NCBI GenBank assembly: GCA_048882325.1
Contig: JBHLRS010000013.1
Span: 25,375 to 89,374, forward strand
Direction: 5' to 3'
Source of the DNA: Candidatus Thorarchaeota archaeon
GTDB taxonomy: Archaea > Asgardarchaeota > Thorarchaeia > Thorarchaeales > Thorarchaeaceae
Length of the DNA stretch: 64,000 bases
Under the pieces are notes generated by a model that saw nothing but the letters and a program-made list of their open reading frames with translations, searched no databases and was not told where the DNA came from. Position 1 is the first letter of the stretch; each line of letters begins with the position of its first letter. Shown here piece by piece: positions 9,595 to 18,428 of the stretch. The position numbers and the translations under genes are program-made.

Positions 9595-11349
9595 CTAGTC
9601 TTCTTTCGTTTCTTCCTCAGCTGAGTCAAGCAGTTTATCCAGTTCAGCTAAGGTTTCTCCGTTGAGTGGGAGATATGAATCGTGTTCATCCTCCTCGTTG
9701 ACGTCGGTAATTCCAAACCCACCCACAGAGCGATCTAAAGGACCTAGGATAGTCTCTAATTCCTCAAGTGATTCTGCGTCTATCTCTTCGGTTTCTATGG
9801 ATTCGTCTGCAACTGGCTTTGTTTCGTCACTCCCGATTGCTTGCAGTGCTGTGTCAATCTCCTCATCGGATGCTTGTTCAATTTCTGCTGCAATAATATC
9901 ATCAAAATCATCAGTTTCGAGGGCTTCAAAGATTATGTCCTTAGCCATTTTAATGGCATCTGTATTCTCTTCGACAACAAGTTCTGGACCAGCATCAACA
10001 GTTGTTTCTGAAACATCAATCTCGGGCCCCACTGGTTCCGGTTCTGGTATTGGTTCAGGTTCCGAATCAACATCGATTTCAACGGCTATCTCATCTCCAA
10101 TGCCGACCTCATCCACTGAAACCTCAATCTCTTCTTCAACAATGGGTTCTTCGACTTCAGGTGCTTCTTCCTCAACCGCTTCGAGTTCCTCCTCTTCCTC
10201 TTCTTCCTCTACTTCTTCGATTTCTTCTTCTATAATTTCATACTCTTCAAGGTCTTCAATGATTCTACCTTCTTCATCTATATAGACTTCCTCATATTCC
10301 TCCTCTTCTTCAACTTCAGAAACGGCAGTGGCTGCAGCTGCCTCTTCAGCAGCTAGCTCTTCCATTGCATCAACTTCAGCAATAGCTTCCTCAGTAGCAG
10401 TATCTGTGAATTTTAGGAGCTCAGCAGCGGGAAGATCAGGTAATGCAACTCCTACATATTGAGCAGCCGCGTTCATGAGAATGCGTAGCATCTCATCTCT
10501 ACGGTCTTTATCAATAGCGACCATGGGGTAGGTTGGGATTCCAAGAATTTTCTGGACAACTTCTGGTTTCATTGCATTTGGCTTGTCTTGCTTGTTTGCC
10601 ATGGCAAAAACAGGAACCTTTGGTGCATCCCTCTTAATCAGCTTCAGAATGTCCTTACTTATAATGACATTTCTCAGCGTTGAATCGCAAACCAGAAAGA
10701 TGACATCAGCTCCATGAAAGTAGAATCGCCAGAGCGTTCTGAATCGTTCCTGACCTGCAAAGTCCCACAGAACTAAGGAATAGTTGCCAAACCGGATGTT
10801 TTCGACAGTTTCAAGGTTTAATGCAATTGTTGGTACATACTGAAGTGGTGGCGTATCACCTAGAAGCAGGTGAAGTGTAGTTGTCTTTCCTACACCTCCC
10901 TCTCCAACGAGAGCAATCTTGAGCCTAGTTGTCACCGAGGGCTCGATGAGAAATCTATAGTTCTTGATTGCACCTTCAATGCCATCCTTTTTGAACTTCC
11001 TTCGAAGAGCCTTCAAAGCAATATCGATCTTTTCGTAGGTGTTTCCTTCGTCTTCACCTTTATCAGTCACGAAGACAAGAGTTGAGTCTTCAATCCAGTC
11101 CTTTCCAAGGAATTTGTGGTCACCTATAATCAGGGGTAACTCCTGTACTTGTCCGTGACCAGTTCTGAGTTCCTCTCTTGTTGAGATGAACTCCATCAGT
11201 GCTTCGTTGCTCACTTCTACTGGCCAGTACTGTGTCGATGCGATTATCTGTTGTGTGGAAATGCGGACAAGGAAAGTATTGTGGATCACTTCAGCATCAC
11301 CGGATTCATTCACTTCAAGAGGGTAGTACACTAATGCGCTTTTTATCAC
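9595..11349 (-). CDS. Arf/Rab-like small GTPase with N-terminal longin-like domain and very long acidic tail
   Basis: GEGGVGKT, PTIA, WDFAGQERFRTLW, NKQD motifs; ~140-aa N-terminal domain; ~270-aa Glu/Asp-rich C-terminus. Confidence 0.85.
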   Translation of the reverse strand: MIKSALVYYPLEVNESGDAEVIHNTFLVRISTQQIIASTQYWPVEVSNEALMEFISTREELRTGHGQVQELPLIIGDHKFLGKDWIEDSTLVFVTDKGEDEGNTYEKIDIALKALRRKFKKDGIEGAIKNYRFLIEPSVTTRLKIALVGEGGVGKTTTLHLLLGDTPPLQYVPTIALNLETVENIRFGNYSLVLWDFAGQERFRTLWRFYFHGADVIFLVCDSTLRNVIISKDILKLIKRDAPKVPVFAMANKQDKPNAMKPEVVQKILGIPTYPMVAIDKDRRDEMLRILMNAAAQYVGVALPDLPAAELLKFTDTATEEAIAEVDAMEELAAEEAAAATAVSEVEEEEEYEEVYIDEEGRIIEDLEEYEIIEEEIEEVEEEEEEEELEAVEEEAPEVEEPIVEEEIEVSVDEVGIGDEIAVEIDVDSEPEPIPEPEPVGPEIDVSETTVDAGPELVVEENTDAIKMAKDIIFEALETDDFDDIIAAEIEQASDEEIDTALQAIGSDETKPVADESIETEEIDAESLEELETILGPLDRSVGGFGITDVNEEDEHDSYLPLNGETLAELDKLLDSAEEETKED

Positions 11350-11431
11350 TAAGTTATCCCTTAGGGCATAGATTAAGCTGTCCTGTGTGTATATTTTGAT
11401 ATTCTGTGTATCTACTCATGATAACAATAGC

Positions 11432-11622
11432 AAAAATGTTGGAGCGGCGGGTCCGCCGAGGCGAACCTTCCGCATCCGTGGAGCTCTTCTTGGCAGGATG
11501 CATGGTAAAATCAAATTACATGCGCAAGACTGCCCCGAAGGGCAATAGGGACCTAGAACTCACTTTGGGACCGTGTTTGCTGCGAGTTCCTGACGGGGGA
11601 AGCCATGCAACCCTGTCATGAA
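11432..11622 (-). ncRNA. Unassigned structured RNA (sRNA or 5' leader)
   Basis: GC-rich intergenic block with six helices. G-U pairs and a C(UUCG)G tetraloop mostly favour the minus strand. BRE/TATA-like AGAAAGCTTCTTATG upstream (11650-11664) and U-tract at the 3' end. Confidence 0.55.
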
Positions 11623-11796
11623 GATTCACAAGCCCGAAACGCAAAGTAACATAAGAAGCTTTCTAGGTTTTTCTTGAGCACTCCCAAATCGATTTTCTAT
11701 GAAGTATTCGCAGTAATATCGGGGTCATATTGGGGAAATCGCAGGAACTCTGGAGTCCAATATATCATGTTCAGGATGCAATATGAGGATCTTCGT

Positions 11797-12936
11797 CTAC
11801 CTGGGAAAGTTGTCTCTGAGTAGCCGAAGATGATGGTGAACCATTTCCATTTGCTTAGGATCATCCGGAGTCTTCTCAAGATCAGTCACTAGAGTCTGCA
11901 AAAAGTACTCTGGGAAGAAGAGCCTGACACGAATGTCATTCAGAAGGAACAACCATTTGTCATACTCACCAGATGCACCCTTACGCCGTTTCTCAGAGAT
12001 TATCCTGAATTTCTTTAAGGTCTGGATGGCAGTCTTTAGCTCCTTAGGTGGAATTGCAAGAGTGGCTTCCAATTCAGAAATGTTAACAGGTCTTCTCCTG
12101 AGTTCACTTAATGTATCATAGCAGTCTGGATCAGCTAAAACTTGGGCAACAGATACGGTATCCTCAGGAGTCTTTTGCCACTCTGTTAAGAACTCTAGCA
12201 CTTCTGACTTGTATTCAGCAGCGAGCTCCGGGTCCAAAACACTACCTGCCGATTCCATTGCTACCAAAGGTGGTGCACGGAAAACTTCGAGGTCTTTTAT
12301 CATGAAAACACAAGTTCGACCAATTTCGTCAACCCACTCGGTCTTCACGAGTCCTAGCTCTTCAAATGGAGCAACTACAGAATCGACACTCACACTAGGC
12401 AAGCCTGTGACCATTTTAAGCCACTCTTCAAGCTCTTCTTTGGAGATACCTCCCTTCCAGAGCTTTGGAAACACAGCTCGTGATACTTCATCTGAGAATA
12501 GTCGTGCTAGACGTGACTCATCAGTCATTCCTGCAAGTCGGATGATTCTACGATATGTGTTGTCGAGCTCGGTCTGCAATTCCGCATCAGTCATGGATAC
12601 AACCGCGTTCGTGAGGGGGGTAACCACTGAAGTGATCGCAGCCTCGTATGTCTTGGGATCCTCAGAGGGTGTGAGAAGTAGAGAAACACAGTACTGCTCC
12701 TCTTCTCGAACAATACCAGTGTAGTATGAAGCAACACCATATTCTTCTCCTCCAATTCTAACACTTAGTGATGAGAATCCTGCAGTTGCGTCACCCATGG
12801 CATGTGACGTAAAGATACGCATAATTTCTGTATTGAGGTCCTCTCTGTAGTAGTCAGCAAAGTCAGCAGGCACTTTAGCCTTTAAGACAGCACCAATCTT
12901 TGAGTCCCAATCTATCAGCAGCATCGCTACGGGCAT
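11797..12936 (-). CDS. Longin/uDENN-like (NPRL2-type) domain protein with C-terminal winged helices
   Basis: N-terminus MLLIDWDSKIGAVLKAKVP resembles the first hairpin of uDENN/longin; two wHTH-like segments follow. Confidence 0.6.
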   Translation of the reverse strand: MPVAMLLIDWDSKIGAVLKAKVPADFADYYREDLNTEIMRIFTSHAMGDATAGFSSLSVRIGGEEYGVASYYTGIVREEEQYCVSLLLTPSEDPKTYEAAITSVVTPLTNAVVSMTDAELQTELDNTYRRIIRLAGMTDESRLARLFSDEVSRAVFPKLWKGGISKEELEEWLKMVTGLPSVSVDSVVAPFEELGLVKTEWVDEIGRTCVFMIKDLEVFRAPPLVAMESAGSVLDPELAAEYKSEVLEFLTEWQKTPEDTVSVAQVLADPDCYDTLSELRRRPVNISELEATLAIPPKELKTAIQTLKKFRIISEKRRKGASGEYDKWLFLLNDIRVRLFFPEYFLQTLVTDLEKTPDDPKQMEMVHHHLRLLRDNFPR

Positions 12937-13090
12937 TTTACTTATCTCCCAGTCCCTGGAGTTAGGTAGTATAAAGCCAGACTAATTTACGTTGCATGGT
13001 GCCAGCCTAAAAAACCTTGTCTTATTTGGACCCGACTATTTGAAATATCGAATTGTTCAGCGCTTTTTAGATACCCACCTTAGAATACTC

Positions 13091-13759
13091 CTATTCATTC
13101 ATAATCAAGACATCTGTAATAATGTCGAAAATCTCATCCACAACCTGGTTTAATGGGTTCTTGGAATCAATTATTCTGAAATTCCCTGTGTCTTTTTCTA
13201 CCATCTCTAGATAGTTTTGACGTACTCTCACAAGTCTATCAATTTTTTCAAACTGCAGATTGGCTTTTCCTGTTCTCCCAGTTGCACGTTCAAGACCAAT
13301 CTCAGCAGGAACATCAAGTATGAACACAATATCAGGTTCTGGTGCAGAAAGCTGTTCACGATTTATCCTGAGGATTTCACTCCAGTGGAGGTCCACAACT
13401 GTTGATTGGTAGGCACCTGAAGCAAAAAAGTAGCGATCCATAAGGACAACCTTGCCAGCCTGTAGAGCAGGCAGAATCCTATTGGCTATGTGCCATTCCC
13501 GATCTTTGGTATAAAGGTCAAGTTCTTCCTCCGGACTAAGTTCACCAGCAGGAGTTTTCTCCTTGATTTCTTTACCCCATGGACTCTCATGAGTTGGCTC
13601 TCTGAGCTGGACGACTTCGTAGCCCAAGGACTGCAGTCTATTCAATAAGTCTTGGCACGCACAGGTCTTACCTGACCCATCTATCCCCTCCAGGACAAAG
13701 AGAAAACCAGTGTATTCCTTTTGAGTGGTATCCGTCAAGTAGGAGTTCTCCTTTCGCAC
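13091..13759 (-). CDS. tmk: Thymidylate kinase
   Basis: EGIDGSGKT, REPT, MDRY, PDIVFILDV. Confidence 0.95.
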   Translation of the reverse strand: MRKENSYLTDTTQKEYTGFLFVLEGIDGSGKTCACQDLLNRLQSLGYEVVQLREPTHESPWGKEIKEKTPAGELSPEEELDLYTKDREWHIANRILPALQAGKVVLMDRYFFASGAYQSTVVDLHWSEILRINREQLSAPEPDIVFILDVPAEIGLERATGRTGKANLQFEKIDRLVRVRQNYLEMVEKDTGNFRIIDSKNPLNQVVDEIFDIITDVLIMNE

Positions 13760-13873
13760 GAACGAGATTTCTCATTCCTGAACTTGTATTAGATGCTTCG
13801 GTTTGTTCACGAAAAGAAAAGGTTAAAATAACGAGTGTCGTAGGATATGTTAACCTACCATAGGATGTGAGAT

Positions 13874-14371
13874 GTGCTGAACCGACGAGGAAGCTTCCTC
13901 ATACTGATGCTGGCTCTGATGTTTGTGATCAATTGCACAAGCACAACAGCTGCAGAGTCAGGAAATGAGTACATCCTAGCGGCAGAGGGAATAACGCTCA
14001 CCATAGACTTTGGGAATGGAACAATAAGAGAGTACAATGACCTCAATGGATCTACAGTTCTTGAGGTGACATCATCAGTTCTTGATGTAGAAGTTCAATG
14101 GTTTGGTCCGTTGGTATATATTCGAGGAATTGAAGGATTTGTAGGTGAAGGAACAGAAGGGTGGGAATTTTGGGTGAACGGTGAGTTTGCATCAATTGCT
14201 GTCAATCTTTATTCCTTAGAAAATGGTGATTCAATATTGTGGAAATACACAAGTCCTGAACCACAGACGCAATATGATCCCACTTTCATTCCTGGAGTTA
14301 TCATTGTATCATTATCTGGTCTGGGATTCATCGCAATAGTCTATGTTCAAACCTCAAGGAGAATCGTTTAG
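13874..14371 (+). CDS. DUF4430 (transcobalamin C-terminal-like) membrane-anchored protein
   Basis: Signal peptide; YIRGIEG...WEFWVNGEFA...LENGDSILWKY; C-terminal TM segment. Confidence 0.8.
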   Translation: MLNRRGSFLILMLALMFVINCTSTTAAESGNEYILAAEGITLTIDFGNGTIREYNDLNGSTVLEVTSSVLDVEVQWFGPLVYIRGIEGFVGEGTEGWEFWVNGEFASIAVNLYSLENGDSILWKYTSPEPQTQYDPTFIPGVIIVSLSGLGFIAIVYVQTSRRIV

Positions 14372-14372
14372 A

Positions 14373-15110
14373 ATGAAGAAAGAGATTGCACTGGCACTAA
14401 TTATAGCAATATTCATGTTGCCTGTTAATAGCGTGGCTCAAAACAGCTCCTACTACCCATTCTGGGATTATAGCATAGACTGGGATGTCAGCATAGCGTC
14501 TGACTTCACCATGTGGTACACTGAAGGAGGATACTGTCATGTAGTGAATGATAGTATAATGTCCTTCTCTGTAAACAGTATCGACAACGAAGTCTCTGGA
14601 ACGTTGGAGATAGGCAATGTCACGGTAGCCACAAATGACACAATGGTGGCTCTTGATCTGACATTGGGAATCTGGCCATCATGGTTGACCGGCCTTTTTG
14701 TAGAAATTGGTCAAGAGAAAATAGATAGTCTGAACGAAACTGCATATGCAGCTGCAGAAAGGGTATCTGGAAATTGGATGAATGGTACAATGTCCTCTCG
14801 CTATGAAGACATTGTCGTTAATCAAGAAACGTACAGTTGCATTGTATTTGACTATGAACAAGACCCTCCTGGAACACAGGTGACTCATTTAGCATATTCA
14901 ACAGCAACGGGATTGCTTGTTGAGGCTGATACAAGTGTAACATTTGGCAGCACATTTAGGCTTGTTTTTTCATTGCGAGAGGTGAGGACACCTCCACCAG
15001 TAGATTTTACCGTGAATCCGCTTCTAATGCTCGCTTGGTATGGTATTATTGGCGGGGGAGTACTTGCTGTAATTGTACTAGTATACATCGTTCTGAATAA
15101 ACGGCAATGA
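14373..15110 (+). CDS. Secreted, C-terminally membrane-anchored hypothetical protein
   Basis: Signal peptide MKKEIALAL; YSTATGLL motif; C-terminal TM plus basic tail. Confidence 0.75.
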   Translation: MKKEIALALIIAIFMLPVNSVAQNSSYYPFWDYSIDWDVSIASDFTMWYTEGGYCHVVNDSIMSFSVNSIDNEVSGTLEIGNVTVATNDTMVALDLTLGIWPSWLTGLFVEIGQEKIDSLNETAYAAAERVSGNWMNGTMSSRYEDIVVNQETYSCIVFDYEQDPPGTQVTHLAYSTATGLLVEADTSVTFGSTFRLVFSLREVRTPPPVDFTVNPLLMLAWYGIIGGGVLAVIVLVYIVLNKRQ

Positions 15111-15129
15111 AACTAGAGGTGTAGACTGT

Positions 15130-15732
15130 TTGGGGACTACTAAGGCAGTCAGGCAAATGAAAGATAGTAGGTGGGTTTCCATTGCAGCTATCATGACTGC
15201 TCTTGCTTTGGTTGGAAATTACGCACTAGTGGCAATTCCTAACTTAGAGTTAGGTTCAACTGTCCTGTTCGTCACAGCATACATCTTTGGTGCACACATG
15301 GCTATCTGGGTAACTCTCATTATGTCCCTCCTGTTTGGAATCATCAATCCGTGGGGAGGATTCATCCCTCAAATCTGGTTATCACAGGTTATCGGGTGGT
15401 TTTACATCATCGCTGTGGGATCAATCATGGGAAGACAAGGTAGAGATGGGAAAAGCCTAGAACCTCGAAAGTGGGAGTTAGCAATAACTGGAGCTTTTGT
15501 CACATTCATCTTTGAGCAAGTAACGAACCTAGGATACTCGGCCACATTTGGAGTCCCATTCCTGTTAGCAGTTTCTGCAGCCATTCCCTTCTCTGTTGTT
15601 CATATCTTGTCGAATGCCATCATTTTCTCTCAGGTCGTACCAATGTTGAATAAGGTTCTGAGAGATCAGCTCAAAGACCTTATCTGGAGTGCTGAATCTG
15701 GAGTAAGAGTCGAGAAGTTGGAGAGTGCATGA
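15130..15732 (+). CDS. ECF transporter S component (CbrT-like)
   Basis: AAIMTALALVG...IPNLE; about 6 TM segments; HILSNA. Confidence 0.75.
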   Translation: MGTTKAVRQMKDSRWVSIAAIMTALALVGNYALVAIPNLELGSTVLFVTAYIFGAHMAIWVTLIMSLLFGIINPWGGFIPQIWLSQVIGWFYIIAVGSIMGRQGRDGKSLEPRKWELAITGAFVTFIFEQVTNLGYSATFGVPFLLAVSAAIPFSVVHILSNAIIFSQVVPMLNKVLRDQLKDLIWSAESGVRVEKLESA

Positions 15733-16372
15733 TTTGACATGGAAGGATGAGTTCATCAAACTCTCTGAACCCGCCGACGGACGCGTAGCACCATCGTTCA
15801 AGCCGCATCATGCGGCTGTTGGGTTAATCATGATAGGGAGAGAACAACCTCTTGGCAGGTATGAACTCTGTGATAAGATGTCAATCGGGGAGGGTAGCGT
15901 GAGGACACTTCTGAAGAGGCTTTCAGATGCAGATTTCATTGAGCCTGAGGGAAAACAGGGACAGAAGCTAACATCTAAGGGTAAGGAGCTGTTTGATGAT
16001 GTGTCACATGATGTTCCTATCGGTCTCATGCTCGATGTTCGTCAGCTCGTGATGTATGAATACGCTTATGCTAATCTTGTACGTGATAGAGCATCTCAGG
16101 TGACGGATGGCGTTCGTCAAAGAGATGAGGCCATAATTCAGGGAGGCTACGGAAAGGCAGGAGCCACGACCTTGATTCAGCGTAACATTCGCCTTGTCAT
16201 GCCTCCAGATGACTTTCACATCCTTGTTGCTTATGAGGCTGAAACACTATTAATTATTGAGAGCCTGCGGCCAAAGAACAATGACGTAGTTGTTATCGGT
16301 TCTGCAGACGACCCCAATCTAGCTAGGGAGGTCTCTATGGCTGCAGTCATGACGCTCTTCGAAGAGGGTTAG
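15725..16372 (+). CDS. wHTH protein (DUF4443/DUF2111-like)
   Basis: GRYELCDKMSIGEGSVRTLLKRL HTH; QRDEAI...GATT. Confidence 0.75.
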   Translation: MHDLTWKDEFIKLSEPADGRVAPSFKPHHAAVGLIMIGREQPLGRYELCDKMSIGEGSVRTLLKRLSDADFIEPEGKQGQKLTSKGKELFDDVSHDVPIGLMLDVRQLVMYEYAYANLVRDRASQVTDGVRQRDEAIIQGGYGKAGATTLIQRNIRLVMPPDDFHILVAYEAETLLIIESLRPKNNDVVVIGSADDPNLAREVSMAAVMTLFEEG

Positions 16373-16374
16373 GG

Positions 16375-17211
16375 ATGCAATCGGACCTGTTTGGAAATGT
16401 ACCGGAGATCGTTATCGACGTCCATGAAACAGGCGGAAAAGGCAAGAATGCTGTTAAGCATCTTATGGACATGCTCGATAAGGCACAAATCACGTTTTCA
16501 GTGCAGAAAATACCAATTGGTGATGTTCTGGGTATTGATGGTATAGCAATTGAGAGAAAGACCGTCAATGATCTCGTAAATACGCTAAAGGGAAGTGCTG
16601 CTGGTGTGCCACGACTCACAAAACAGCTGGATGCTTTGCTGGAGTACGACAAACCGTATGTCCTCATTGAGAATATACTGGCTATCAGACGAGATCCCGT
16701 GAAAGGTTGCATCTACATCCCATTCTCTACAAAGCAGACCAAAGGCAAACCATATTTTGTGACTATGGAACGTGCCAGCTTTATTCATCCCAACTCTTTA
16801 GATGCTTTGATTGAAAGTATCACTGATAGAGGTATTGAGGTTCTCAGAGGATTCAATGCTTTACATTCAGCGGGTCTTCTATATGGAGTTCTAGTGGGTG
16901 ATGATGCTGATAAGAGAAAACAGAAGGGACAAAGACTTCCTGTCATCCGAACTCGAAAGGGACTTGACTCAATGAATGATGAACAGGAATTCTTTCTGGC
17001 TGGTTTTCCTGGTGTAAATGTTGTCCGTGCTAAGAGCCTTCTAGAGCGTTTTGGATCGCCCCAAGAAGCCATAATGCGGATTGATGACTGGGGGCAAATC
17101 CCCGGTATAGGCCCCAAGACTATTGCCTCGGCTAAAAGGCTACTCTACTCAGATTATGAAATCACTGAGTCAGAACCCGACGAAGGTGAAGAAATGGCTT
17201 CTGACTCCTAG
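16375..17211 (+). CDS. ERCC4/XPF-family nuclease with HhH pair
   Basis: IVIDVHE, GD, IERKTVNDL; FPGVN and IPGIGPKT HhH motifs. Confidence 0.88.
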   Translation: MQSDLFGNVPEIVIDVHETGGKGKNAVKHLMDMLDKAQITFSVQKIPIGDVLGIDGIAIERKTVNDLVNTLKGSAAGVPRLTKQLDALLEYDKPYVLIENILAIRRDPVKGCIYIPFSTKQTKGKPYFVTMERASFIHPNSLDALIESITDRGIEVLRGFNALHSAGLLYGVLVGDDADKRKQKGQRLPVIRTRKGLDSMNDEQEFFLAGFPGVNVVRAKSLLERFGSPQEAIMRIDDWGQIPGIGPKTIASAKRLLYSDYEITESEPDEGEEMASDS

Positions 17212-17278
17212 GATTGCCAGCTCACAAGTTTTAAAAGAACTAACTATTCTATGGCTGTAGAATACTCAGAAAGGTGAG

Positions 17279-18373
17279 TTGAAAATGGGAGATGTCCGAA
17301 TAGCAATCGCAGGACTTGGTAACTGTGCCTCCGCGCTTATTCAAGGCACACACTACTATAGAAACGCAAAGGCAGATGAGGAAGTACCAGGTTTAATGCA
17401 TGTTGATTTTGGCGGCTACTTTCCAAAGGACCTCAAATTTGTTGCAGCCTTTGAAGCAAACAGGAAGAAGATAGGTCTTGATATTGCTGAAGCCATGTGG
17501 GTGGAGCCAAACTGTTGTGTTCCATTCGCTCCTGATGTACCGAAAACAGGTGTCAAGGTACTCCCAGGTCCAATATCGGATGGAGTCGCACCCCACATGA
17601 GAGAATCCTTCTTTGCATATGACGAGAAGGAAATGGAACCTGTGGATGTTGTAGAGGAAATAAAGAAATCAAAGGCAGACCTGCTTGTTTCTTACCTCCC
17701 AGTTGGAAGTGCAGAAGGCTCCAGAATATACGCACAAGCTGCACTGGAAGCCGAGATAGGTTATATCAACGCAATCCCAGAGTTCATTGTATCAGATCCT
17801 AAATCACCAATAGCTCAGGCCTTCGAGAAGAAAGGAATTCCGTGTGCTGGTGATGACATTAAGAGCCAACTTGGTGCAACAATCTTGCATCGCGTTCTAG
17901 CCCAGCTTTTCGACAAGAGAGGACTGATTCTTGAAAATACGTATCAGCTCAACATTGGGGGGAATACTGATTTTGAAAATATGCAGGTTGAAAATCGGTT
18001 GAGTTCAAAGAGAATCAGCAAGACTGAAGCAGTCACAAGTTGTGTCGATTATGAGCTGCCCACAAAGATTGGTCCTAGTGACTACGTACCGTTTCTTGAT
18101 GACAACAAGGTCTGCTACATCAGCATGAGGTCTAGAGCGTTTGGAGACCTACCTATAGACCTTGATCTAAAACTCTCAGTTCAAGACTCGCCCAACAGCG
18201 GTGGTGTAATCATTGATGTTGCTCGAGCTGTCAAGATTGCTCTAGATAGAGGGATTGGAGGAGAACTCTCAAGCATTAGCTCCTACAGCTTCAAACACCC
18301 TCGATATCAGATTGATGACTTCGAAGCAAGAAAGCGAGTTGACGAATTCATAGAAGGAAAACGCGAGAGGTAG
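17279..18373 (+). CDS. ino1: myo-inositol-1(3)-phosphate synthase
   Basis: GLGNCASALIQG, GDDIKSQLGAT, QLNIGGNTDF, DSPNSGG. Confidence 0.95.
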   Translation: MKMGDVRIAIAGLGNCASALIQGTHYYRNAKADEEVPGLMHVDFGGYFPKDLKFVAAFEANRKKIGLDIAEAMWVEPNCCVPFAPDVPKTGVKVLPGPISDGVAPHMRESFFAYDEKEMEPVDVVEEIKKSKADLLVSYLPVGSAEGSRIYAQAALEAEIGYINAIPEFIVSDPKSPIAQAFEKKGIPCAGDDIKSQLGATILHRVLAQLFDKRGLILENTYQLNIGGNTDFENMQVENRLSSKRISKTEAVTSCVDYELPTKIGPSDYVPFLDDNKVCYISMRSRAFGDLPIDLDLKLSVQDSPNSGGVIIDVARAVKIALDRGIGGELSSISSYSFKHPRYQIDDFEARKRVDEFIEGKRER

Positions 18374-18428
18374 TTTTCAAAAAGAATGAGAGTCAGCCTA
18401 GTAGATTGCTAGGCTGATCTATTCTCAC

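Noticed and set aside
9662-10285. Ser-rich 207-aa plus-strand ORF
   Set aside because: Antisense mirror of the Glu-rich tail of the GTPase gene.
11406-11621. 71-aa ORF over the structured region; also RNase P/SRP/tmRNA/tRNA identity
   Set aside because: No protein motif. Lacks RNase P GAGGAAAGUCC, SRP helix 8 and a tRNA cloverleaf.
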